DNA of 25,112 nucleotides from Bacteroidales bacterium (GCA_026987795.1 JALSMF010000020.1:1-25112), one strand, 5' to 3'. Positions 1-7,954 are shown, counted from the first letter of the stretch. Notes: a model not told the origin generated them from the sequence alone. Numbers and translations are program-made.

Positions 1-6
1 GGATAT

Positions 7-594
7 ATGTCTTTTGAATACCTCGTACTACCCGAAACTTTTTATACAATTGAGGGTATGTTCGGGAATGAAAATGCCAAAAAATTAATAGCTTCTGCAA
101 AATACAGAAAAGCAATAGCAAGATATTTAAAATCAAATAATTATATAAGCAAAATACCGAGAGACGAGCGAGAAAAACTTTACGGGAAAGACAGCGAAAA
201 AGAAATGTGGCAAATTTTTGCAGAACCTCCCAAAGCTGAATTTAATTCGTTTTGTTACGGAGATTATAACGGTGACAGTAAGAGAGATGCTGCATTTATT
301 TTAACAAATATAAAAACAGGAAAGCGAAAGTTAATTGTTTTAAGAATTGATACTGAAATCCCCGGTAAGTACGGAAGTCTGATAGGTTCAAAAGACCTTA
401 CCGAAGATTATTTATTTGTGAAAAATATTCCTAAGAGAAGTAAAATGATAATAAATGACAGTTTGCAACGCATAAATATCGATGCTGTTTTAATAGGAAC
501 AAACAGAGAAAAAGCTTTTAACGATACATATACTCTGATGCTTTTTGAGGGAAAAGATTTTAAATTTTTTCCGCAGAAATTAAAAGAGAATTAA
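7..594 (+). CDS. Hypothetical protein, probably the C-terminal part of a longer gene (frame is open back to position 1)
   Basis: 195-aa ORF ending in TAA at 592-594. The upstream in-frame codons GGA TAT contain no stop. It carries a GDYNGDSKRD segment resembling Dx[DN]xDG / FG-GAP-type Ca-binding loops. No family recognised with confidence. Confidence 0.6.
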   Translation: MSFEYLVLPETFYTIEGMFGNENAKKLIASAKYRKAIARYLKSNNYISKIPRDEREKLYGKDSEKEMWQIFAEPPKAEFNSFCYGDYNGDSKRDAAFILTNIKTGKRKLIVLRIDTEIPGKYGSLIGSKDLTEDYLFVKNIPKRSKMIINDSLQRINIDAVLIGTNREKAFNDTYTLMLFEGKDFKFFPQKLKEN

Positions 595-670
595 AACAGA
601 AAATATATTTCGTCATTATGATAAATTAGTATTAATGCAGCAAACTTACAGAGGGACAAAATACTGCTTT

Positions 671-3600
671 ATGAATAAATATCTGCTTTTATCTGTTTTT
701 TTGTCAATATCGTTATCAGTTTTTGCGCAAAAACCTCGTATAAAGTTTGAAAAACTGTCGGTAGAAGACGGAATGTCCCAGAGTTCCGTTCTTAGTATTA
801 TTAGAGACAGTCAAGGATTTATGTGGTTTGCAACTTTAGACGGGCTTAATAAATATGACGGTTATAATTTTAAGATTTACCGGGCGGATTCTGAAACGGA
901 AAAATCGGTAACGGACAATATCATAAATGTTTTGTATGAAACCTCTGATTTTGATTTATGGATAGGAACAGCAGCAAACGGACTTTGCAAATATGACAGG
1001 CTTAATGATAATTTTGATGTTCTTAAATATTCTGATAATACAGATAATTCATTAAGTAATAATAATATAAATGATATAGCCGAGACACCCGGATGTTTGT
1101 GGATTGCAACAGACAAAGGACTTAATAAATATATAATTAAAGACAGGAAATTTATTCATTTTTTTTATAATGAAAGTAATAATTCGCTAAGTTCAGATAC
1201 TGTCTTATGTGTTGATACCGACAAAAACGGCAATGTATGGGCAGGGACTAAAAGCGGTTTTAACCTTATTAATACTAAACACAATACTGTAAAAAAGTTT
1301 AATTATTTTAATGAAAATACAGACACTTACGTTAATGATATTACAGCCGGCGAAAATAAAATTTGGATAGCAACAACGAAAGGGCTTTTTGTTTATTATG
1401 TTGCCGAAGACAAACTGTTAAAACTTAACTTAAAAAAAAATACAGATAAAGAACAGCCTGTCGTTAACAAATTAATTAAGGATACGGATAATATTTTGTG
1501 GGTCGGTACCGAAAATGACGGCTTAATAAGATTAAACACAAGGAACTATACATTTTATAAATATAAGCACGATCCTGTTGACAGCCAAAGCCTATCAACA
1601 AATACAATAAAATCTCTTTATATTGATAAATCTGGAATACTTTGGGTCGGAACATCATTGGGCGGTGTAAGCAAATGGAACAGAGCAGCCGAAGATATTG
1701 ATGTGTTCAGGCATAACCCATATAATGAACAGAGTCTCAGTGCTCCGCAAGTAAGATGTTTTTATGTTGACAAAGATAATGATATTTGGGTCGGAACTGT
1801 TGAGGGCGGGCTAAATAAGTGGGACAAAAAAAATGACAAATTTTATCATTATAAGCACAACCCCGACAATGATAACTCGATAAGCCATAATCATATACGG
1901 TCAATCTTGCAGGATTATAAAGGACGTTTCTGGGTGGCAACCGACGGCGGCGGGCTTAATTTATTTGACAAATCAAAAGGAACATTTAAGCACTATAAGA
2001 AAGATGAAGATATAAGCTCTATTTCGAGTAACAGAGTTTGGAAAATATATGAAGATAAAAAACATAATTTGTGGATAGGCACATTCGGCGGCGGACTTAA
2101 TTTATTTAATCCTGAAAGAGGAAGCTTTAAGGCATACAGACACTCAGAAACAGATACGACCTCAATAAGCAGCGACTTAGTAACTTCAATTTTTGAAGAC
2201 AGAGGAAATCGGCTTTGGATAGGAACATTTTCAGGTCTGAACCTGTTTAACACCGAAAAAGAAACTTTTGAAAGATACACAAATGATAAAAGTGATCCCG
2301 AATCAATAAGTAATGACAGAGTTTACTGCATTAATGAAGACATAGAAGGCTTTTTATGGATAGGAACAAAAGGAGGGCTCAATAAATTTGATGTTAAAAA
2401 TCAAAAATTTACTCGTTTTACCGTTAAAAATTCAGACCTGCCCAATGATGTTATTCTCGGAATTACAGAAGACGGCAATTATCTTTGGATAAGCACGAAT
2501 AACGGTATTTGTCGTATGAATAAAAAAACGTATGAAATTAAAACTTTTGATGTCGGTGACGGGTTGCAGAGTAATGAATTTTTAGCCGGGGCGTATTACA
2601 GAAAAAAAGACGGGGAAATTTTATTCGGAGGAATAGACGGGTTTAACGCTTTTTATCCCGAAAAAATTAAAGACAATCCGCATAAACCCCCCATTCTTAT
2701 AACCGGTTTTCAGGTATCAAACCAATATCTTAAAACCGATACGATAATAAGCTCAAAAAAACAAATTATTTTAGACCATACTGAAAACGATATTTCCTTT
2801 GATTTTGTAGCTCTTGATTTTATTTTTCCGCAAAAAAACAAATATAAATATATTCTTGAAGGGAATGACAACGAATGGACAAATGCAGGTTACAGGCGAT
2901 ATGCAAAATATACGAACCTGAAACCGGGCAGCTATATTTTTCGAGTAATAGGGTCTAACAATGACGATGTGTGGAACGAAAAAGGAGCAAGTCTGAGAAT
3001 AATTATAAAACCGGCTTTTTGGCAAACACTGTGGTTTAAGATTTTGTTTATTTCTTTTATCTTTTTACTCGTTCTGTTAATCTATAAAATTCGTGTCAGA
3101 GCAATTAAAAAAAGAAATGAAGAGCTTGAAAATGAGGTAAAAAGAAGAACAGCAGAAATAAGACAACAAAATAAAGAGATAAAAGCACAAAGAGACGAGA
3201 TTGTCGAACAAAAAAAAGAAATTACGGACAGTATTTTGTATGCAGAAAGGATACAAAGGGCAGCATTACCCACATCTGAATATATTTCTGAAAATATTCC
3301 GGAACATTTTATTTTATTTAAGCCCAGAGATATTGTAAGCGGAGATTTTTACTGGGTAAGTAAAAAAGAAAACAAAATAATAGTTACGGCAGTTGACTGT
3401 ACGGGACACGGAGTGCCCGGAGCATTTATGAGTATGCTGGGAATCAGTTTTTTAAACAAAATAGTAAATGAAAGAAATATCACCGATTCTGCTGAAATAC
3501 TGAACCGCCTGAGGGCAAATATTATTAATGCATTACATCCCGAAGGATATGAAATTGAATCAAAAGACGGAATGGATATGGCTTTGTGTGTTATAGATAC

Positions 3601-3967
3601 CGAAAAAAACACAATTGATTTTTCCGGAGCCTACAATCCTATGTTTCATTGGCATAAAGGAAAAATAACAGAGATAAAAGCAGACAGAATGCCCGTTGCA
3701 AAATACGATATAGTTGAAGATTTTACCAAAAAAACAGTTAAGTTTAATGCCGGTGATGCAATATATTTATTTTCAGACGGCTATCCTGATCAATTCGGCG
3801 GTTATAAACATAAAAAATTTATGAAAGGAAAACTTCGCAGGCTATTGGAAGAAACAGGAGATAAACCAATGCAGGAACAAAAACAAATTTTGGAAGATAC
3901 GTTGGAAAAGTGGATGAATAATCAGCCGCAAATTGATGATATTGTTATTGTCGGAGTCAGATTGTAA
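671..3967 (+). CDS. Membrane sensor phosphatase: periplasmic two-component regulator propeller repeats + Y_Y_Y domain + TM helix + coiled coil + SpoIIE/PP2C phosphatase
   Basis: Signal-peptide-like MNKYLLLSVFLSISLSVFAQ favours ATG 671 over 635. There are 14 repeats of the xxW(I/V)GTxxGLxx(F/Y)D type, consistent with two 7-blade propellers. Y_Y_Y segment YKYILEGNDNEW...YTNLKPGSYIFRV; TM WFKILFISFIFLLVLLIY; PP2C motifs DIVSGDFYW, VDCTGHGVPGAFMSM, DGMDMALC, FSDGYPDQFGG and QIDDIVIVG. Confidence 0.92.
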   Translation: MNKYLLLSVFLSISLSVFAQKPRIKFEKLSVEDGMSQSSVLSIIRDSQGFMWFATLDGLNKYDGYNFKIYRADSETEKSVTDNIINVLYETSDFDLWIGTAANGLCKYDRLNDNFDVLKYSDNTDNSLSNNNINDIAETPGCLWIATDKGLNKYIIKDRKFIHFFYNESNNSLSSDTVLCVDTDKNGNVWAGTKSGFNLINTKHNTVKKFNYFNENTDTYVNDITAGENKIWIATTKGLFVYYVAEDKLLKLNLKKNTDKEQPVVNKLIKDTDNILWVGTENDGLIRLNTRNYTFYKYKHDPVDSQSLSTNTIKSLYIDKSGILWVGTSLGGVSKWNRAAEDIDVFRHNPYNEQSLSAPQVRCFYVDKDNDIWVGTVEGGLNKWDKKNDKFYHYKHNPDNDNSISHNHIRSILQDYKGRFWVATDGGGLNLFDKSKGTFKHYKKDEDISSISSNRVWKIYEDKKHNLWIGTFGGGLNLFNPERGSFKAYRHSETDTTSISSDLVTSIFEDRGNRLWIGTFSGLNLFNTEKETFERYTNDKSDPESISNDRVYCINEDIEGFLWIGTKGGLNKFDVKNQKFTRFTVKNSDLPNDVILGITEDGNYLWISTNNGICRMNKKTYEIKTFDVGDGLQSNEFLAGAYYRKKDGEILFGGIDGFNAFYPEKIKDNPHKPPILITGFQVSNQYLKTDTIISSKKQIILDHTENDISFDFVALDFIFPQKNKYKYILEGNDNEWTNAGYRRYAKYTNLKPGSYIFRVIGSNNDDVWNEKGASLRIIIKPAFWQTLWFKILFISFIFLLVLLIYKIRVRAIKKRNEELENEVKRRTAEIRQQNKEIKAQRDEIVEQKKEITDSILYAERIQRAALPTSEYISENIPEHFILFKPRDIVSGDFYWVSKKENKIIVTAVDCTGHGVPGAFMSMLGISFLNKIVNERNITDSAEILNRLRANIINALHPEGYEIESKDGMDMALCVIDTEKNTIDFSGAYNPMFHWHKGKITEIKADRMPVAKYDIVEDFTKKTVKFNAGDAIYLFSDGYPDQFGGYKHKKFMKGKLRRLLEETGDKPMQEQKQILEDTLEKWMNNQPQIDDIVIVGVRL

Positions 3968-3971
3968 AGAA

Positions 3972-4796
3972 TTATCTTTTTATAAAAGTTTCTGTTTTGT
4001 TATCGTAGTTTAAAAAATATGTTCCCGGTTTAAGTGTTCTTACGTCAACATCATTTGCAGTGCCGGTTTTTATCAGCTTCCCGTAATAGTCATAAATTTC
4101 ATAGCGAGTCATTCCGGAAAAGTATATTTTTGAGGTAACTTTTCCTCCGTTGCCCGGAACAAATGTTATTTCCGGTAAATTACTGTTAAACTCAACAGAT
4201 TGAGAATACCTTGGTTTTTTGTTTGCTCCTGTTTGTTTAATCCTGAATTTATTAACTCCCGAGTGAAAATCAATACTGAACCTGTAGCGATTTATTTTTT
4301 CTGTTCCTTTTCCTTTTACGGAACCTGCCCTTATCCATTTATTCCATCGATACTGTTCAATAATAAAAGGCAAACTTCCGTGTTCGCCTATTGTTGTCCA
4401 GTTTAAAAAACCGTCCTTGTCGATGTTAATTGATTTTATTTTAAACGTACTTTCGGGTGTTAATACTTCAGGGTTTAATATACGGGGAGTGCACCCTTTT
4501 CTGTGCTTAAGAACTACCTTTAGAATAGCACCGTACCTGAAATTATAAATGCTTAAATCAATTTCAAAAAACGAAGAATTAATCTCATCGGTAGTAGTTC
4601 TTCCGTTTACTAAAACTTCTGAAACACAAAAACCTACTCCTGTTGACGAATACGGATTTTCTACATACAAATTTTCACCCCTGTAAACACCTTCAAGAAC
4701 AATTTCGCCTGCATACAACTGCTGAAAAGCAGAACTCCCCGACAGTAATAAAAACAAAACCGGAACAATTTTATTTATCTTTTTAAGAATTGTCAT
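3972..4796 (-). CDS. Secreted hypothetical protein with a putative T9SS type A C-terminal sorting-like tail
   Basis: 274-aa ORF with an N-terminal basic/hydrophobic signal-like stretch. The C-terminus YEIYDYYGKLIKTG...LKPGTYFLNYDNKTETFIKR resembles the T9SS CTD pattern (IYDxxGKLI, LxxGxYxL, terminal FIK). The usual YPNP motif is absent. Confidence 0.65.
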   Translation of the reverse strand: MTILKKINKIVPVLFLLLSGSSAFQQLYAGEIVLEGVYRGENLYVENPYSSTGVGFCVSEVLVNGRTTTDEINSSFFEIDLSIYNFRYGAILKVVLKHRKGCTPRILNPEVLTPESTFKIKSINIDKDGFLNWTTIGEHGSLPFIIEQYRWNKWIRAGSVKGKGTEKINRYRFSIDFHSGVNKFRIKQTGANKKPRYSQSVEFNSNLPEITFVPGNGGKVTSKIYFSGMTRYEIYDYYGKLIKTGTANDVDVRTLKPGTYFLNYDNKTETFIKR

Positions 4797-4829
4797 TTAA
4801 AAAAATGATTATTTTCTTGTATCAAACGG

Positions 4830-4837
4830 CAAATATA
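4830..4837 (-). promoter_or_regulatory. Bacteroidota sigma-A -7 element (TATATTTG) upstream of the 3972..4796 gene
   Basis: Plus-strand caaatata at 4830-4837 reads TATATTTG on the minus strand, 33 nt upstream of the ATG. It matches TAnnTTTG. No clear -33 TTTG. Confidence 0.55.
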
Positions 4838-4865
4838 CCTATCAATTTTAAAAACGGAAAAAAAA

Positions 4866-6749
4866 TCAAAGGTTTTGTTCAATTAGTTTTAACAATTCGG
4901 AGGCAGCTTTTGTTTCCGGAATATTTTTCTTTACTGCTTCCTTGTTTTTGTAAAGAGTTATTTTGCCGCTTCCCGTTCCTACATAACCGTAGTCTGCATC
5001 CGCCATTTCTCCGAGCCCGTTTACTATACAGCCCATTATTGCTATTTTTATCCCTTTCAGATGTGAAGTAACAGATTTTATTTTTGCCGTTGTTTTTTCT
5101 AAATCAAATAAGGTTCTTCCGCAGCCGGGGCACGAAATATATTCGGTTTTTGTTATTCTTGCTCTGCAAGCCTGTAAAATTCCGAAACTCAGTTCATTTG
5201 CTTTTTTTAAGTCTTCAGCTTTCGCCGAAATCCAAATTCCGTCACCGAACCCCTCAATAAGTAAAGCACCTGATTCACCCGATGCTTTTAAAACGGCATA
5301 ATCATCAATCTTATCAAATTTTTGTCTTAAAATAACAGGATTTTTAATATTATATTCTTCAAGTTTCATAAAGAAAGCTCTTCCGGAATGTACGGGTGAT
5401 ACAGTATTTTCAAAATCTAAAACAAAAACAGCATTAGGGAGTTTTTGTAAATCGGAAAATAAAATATTATCAAGTTTTTCTGCATCTGTTTTTATAAAAT
5501 ATAATGATTTTGTCGCAAGATATCCTTTTGTAACATCTTTATAATCAACAAGTTTTATAACATCTTTCCCCTTGTTTCTTTTTGATGTTATTAATTGTGC
5601 GTCTAAAAAATTAAAAGACGCAGGAAAGCCCTTTTCGGAATAAAAAAAGTCTGCGGCAGAATCGGTTTTTTCAAAAGTGCTGTCCTCTTCCTTAAAGACA
5701 TACCCGCAATCGGCTATTGCATTTTTGTCAACTTTTTCCGAAATATCGGCAATTACGACAGGGACATTATCTCCGCCGATTATTCCTGTTTTTTCAGACT
5801 TTCTCTTTCTGTAATCCAAAAAATTCCTGCTTAAACTTTTGAATTTAAACGGAGAACTGTAAGCTGAAAGTTTTTTACCGTTAAAAATATTTCGGATTGT
5901 TGCGGCAACGGGAATTTCCCTGACAGGCGACTCTGTTAAAGATACTCTCACCGTATCGCCGATACCGTCAGCAAGTAAACTTCCTATGCCGACAGCAGAT
6001 TTTATTCTGCCTTCAAGCTCATTTCCGGCTTCGGTTACGCCCAGGTGCAGAGGGAAACTCATTTTTTCGCTATGCATTGTTTTTACAAGTAACCGGTTTG
6101 CATAAATCATTACAAGCGGATTGCTCGCTTTCATTGAAATTACGACATCGTTGAAATTTTCCTGCTTGCAAATACGTAAAAACTCCATTGTAGATTCAAC
6201 CATTCCCTGCGGAGTATCGCCGTATCGACTTAAAATTCTGTCAGATAAAGAGCCGTGATTTGTTCCTATGCGTATTGCGGTGTTGTGTTTTTTGCAAATT
6301 TTTAGCAGCGGAATAAAGTTTTTTTTCAACTTTTCAACCTCTGCATTGTATTCTTCATCGGTATAATTTATATGTTTAAATTGTTTAACATCGGCATAAT
6401 TCCCGGGGTTTATCCTTACTTTTTCAATAATTTTTGCAGCAACTTCTGCAGCTTTAGGGCTGAAATGTATATCTGCAATAAGCGGGATATCATAATTTTT
6501 TTCTTTCAGGATTCTTTTTATATCTCTCAGGCTTTCGGCAATTTTTGAATTTTGCACGGTAAGTCTTACATAATCAGCACCTGCATCCGCAAGTTCAATT
6601 ATTTGGCTTACGGTAGCTTCCGTGTCAGATGTGTCGGTATTTGTCATAGATTGTAACCTTACCGGATTATTACCTCCGAGAGGTATTTTTCCGATACAGA
6701 CTTCAGTTGTTTTATTTCTGTTATATTCAAAATAGTTTTTTGTAAACAT
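4866..6749 (-). CDS. ispG: (E)-4-hydroxy-3-methylbut-2-enyl-diphosphate synthase, long three-domain form
   Basis: Motifs VRLQSMTNTDT, PLIADIHF, KVRINPGNY, IRIGTNHGSLS, SMKASN, PLHLGVTEAG, GDTVRVSLT and the [4Fe-4S] ligands CPGCGRT and GCIVNGLGE. An extra insert of about 230 aa is present. Confidence 0.97.
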   Translation of the reverse strand: MFTKNYFEYNRNKTTEVCIGKIPLGGNNPVRLQSMTNTDTSDTEATVSQIIELADAGADYVRLTVQNSKIAESLRDIKRILKEKNYDIPLIADIHFSPKAAEVAAKIIEKVRINPGNYADVKQFKHINYTDEEYNAEVEKLKKNFIPLLKICKKHNTAIRIGTNHGSLSDRILSRYGDTPQGMVESTMEFLRICKQENFNDVVISMKASNPLVMIYANRLLVKTMHSEKMSFPLHLGVTEAGNELEGRIKSAVGIGSLLADGIGDTVRVSLTESPVREIPVAATIRNIFNGKKLSAYSSPFKFKSLSRNFLDYRKRKSEKTGIIGGDNVPVVIADISEKVDKNAIADCGYVFKEEDSTFEKTDSAADFFYSEKGFPASFNFLDAQLITSKRNKGKDVIKLVDYKDVTKGYLATKSLYFIKTDAEKLDNILFSDLQKLPNAVFVLDFENTVSPVHSGRAFFMKLEEYNIKNPVILRQKFDKIDDYAVLKASGESGALLIEGFGDGIWISAKAEDLKKANELSFGILQACRARITKTEYISCPGCGRTLFDLEKTTAKIKSVTSHLKGIKIAIMGCIVNGLGEMADADYGYVGTGSGKITLYKNKEAVKKNIPETKAASELLKLIEQNL

Positions 6750-6790
6750 TTTTAATTTTTTTGATTTAGAGCATAAATAAATATAAACTT

Positions 6791-6806
6791 TATATTTGCA
6801 AATATA
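6791..6806. promoter_or_regulatory. Perfect 16-bp palindrome TATATTTGCAAATATA providing a TAnnTTTG -7 element on each strand between divergent ispG and gldA
   Basis: The sequence is read directly. TATATTTG at 6791-6798 (+) faces gldA and TATATTTG at 6806-6799 (-) faces ispG. The -33 elements are not clear. Confidence 0.6.
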
Positions 6807-6855
6807 TTACAATTACAATTTCGATAAGTTTTTTTATTTAAAACCGTAAGCTGAT

Positions 6856-7764
6856 ATGTCATTAGAAGCGAAAAATATTACCAAATTATACGGGATACAA
6901 AAAGCCCTTGATAATGTGAGCTTTAAGATAAATACCGGTGAGATTGTCGGATTCCTGGGACCTAACGGAGCCGGAAAGTCTACTATGATGAAAATAATTA
7001 CCGGTTTTATAGAACAAAATGAGGGAGATATTTTTGTTAATAATCTTAACACGAAAGAAAATATTAAGGAAATAAAACAGCAAATAGGATATCTGCCGGA
7101 GCATAATCCTCTGTATCTTGATATGTTTGTTAAAGAATATCTAAACTTTGTTGCAAAAATTTATTCTGCAGATAATTATAAGAAAAAAGTTTCGGAAATT
7201 ATAGAGTTGACAGGCTTAACATCGGAACAAAATAAAAAAAACGGAGCATTGTCAAAAGGTTACAGACAAAGAGTCGGACTTGCCGCCGCATTAATTCACA
7301 ACCCTGAAGTTCTAATCTTAGACGAACCTACCACCGGTCTTGACCCCAATCAAATTATTGAAATAAGAAATTTAATTACCGAAGTCGGCAAAAAAAAAAC
7401 AGTTATGCTTTCAACACATATTATGCAGGAGGTTGAAGCAATTTGCGACAGGGTTATAATTATTAATAAAGGACAAATTATTGCAGATAAGCCTGTTAAG
7501 TCCATTAGCGGTCTTATTAAAAGAAAAAAACAAATAGTATTTACAGAGTTTGCAGAATCGGTTAAAACAGATATTTTTGAAAAACTCCCGGAGTATATAT
7601 CGGTTGTTACATCAGAAAATAAAAGTTTTTTGTTTGAGTCTGACTCCGAAGAGGATATTCGTCCGGAGTTGTTTCATTTTTTTGCGGATAATAATCTTAT
7701 ATTGATAACGATGAAACAAAAAGACGAAAATATGGAAGATATCTTCAGAAGTTTAACACAATAA
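6856..7764 (+). CDS. gldA: Gliding motility-associated ABC transporter ATP-binding subunit GldA
   Basis: Walker A GPNGAGKST, signature LSKGYRQRVGLA, Walker B ILDEPTTGLDPNQ, H-loop STH. The 302-aa length and C-terminal DIRPELFHF...MEDIFRSLT are typical of GldA. Confidence 0.85.
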   Translation: MSLEAKNITKLYGIQKALDNVSFKINTGEIVGFLGPNGAGKSTMMKIITGFIEQNEGDIFVNNLNTKENIKEIKQQIGYLPEHNPLYLDMFVKEYLNFVAKIYSADNYKKKVSEIIELTGLTSEQNKKNGALSKGYRQRVGLAAALIHNPEVLILDEPTTGLDPNQIIEIRNLITEVGKKKTVMLSTHIMQEVEAICDRVIIINKGQIIADKPVKSISGLIKRKKQIVFTEFAESVKTDIFEKLPEYISVVTSENKSFLFESDSEEDIRPELFHFFADNNLILITMKQKDENMEDIFRSLTQ

Positions 7765-7797
7765 AAAAACACCTCACTTATTTTAGAAGCAAGGTGT
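7763..7797 (-). terminator. Intrinsic terminator downstream of tRNA-Ile2
   Basis: Minus strand reads ACACCUUGCUU-loop-AAGUGAGGUGU (11-bp stem including two G-U pairs, 7797..7769) followed by a U run at 7768..7763. Confidence 0.75.
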
Positions 7798-7820
7798 TGC
7801 AATCAATAACCATGAAAAAG

Positions 7821-7894
7821 TGGGCCGACAGGGACTCGAACCCCGGACCCTCTGATTATGAGTCAGATGCTCTAACCGGCTGAGCTATCGGCCC
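7821..7894 (-). tRNA. tRNA with CAT anticodon, most likely tRNA-Ile2 (lysidine-modified, reads AUA); CCA not encoded
   Basis: Folds as a 74-nt cloverleaf: acceptor GGGCCGA/TCGGCCC plus discriminator A, D arm GCTC/GAGC, anticodon arm TCTGA-CTCATAA-TCAGA, T arm CGGGG-TTCGAGT-CCCTG. The G1-C72 pair argues against an initiator tRNA. C4-G69 and C5-G68 match known TilS determinants, favouring Ile2 over elongator Met. Confidence 0.93.
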
Positions 7895-7924
7895 CGTCTG
7901 AAAAAGTTTAAATTTTCAGGACAG

Positions 7925-7954
7925 CAAAATTAAACATAATTTTTTCCCTGCAAA
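7925..7954 (-). promoter_or_regulatory. Bacteroidota sigma-A promoter for the tRNA: -33 TTTG (7954-7951) and -7 TAATTTTG (7932-7925)
   Basis: Both consensus elements are present with an 18-nt spacer, 30 nt upstream of the mature tRNA 5' end. Confidence 0.7.

Noticed and set aside
635-670. Longer ATG 635 start for the propeller-PP2C gene
   Set aside because: It adds 12 polar residues ahead of a clean signal peptide that begins at ATG 671, so 671 is preferred. This is not proven.
877-3612. Short minus-strand ORFs (60-95 aa) opposite the sensor phosphatase
   Set aside because: They lie wholly antisense to a well-supported gene and have no recognisable motifs; shadow ORFs.
4990-5040. IspG motif reads NGLGE instead of the common NGPGE
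   Set aside because: The Cys and Glu ligands are intact, and as I recall Leu at this position occurs in other IspG proteins. There is no evidence of inactivation.
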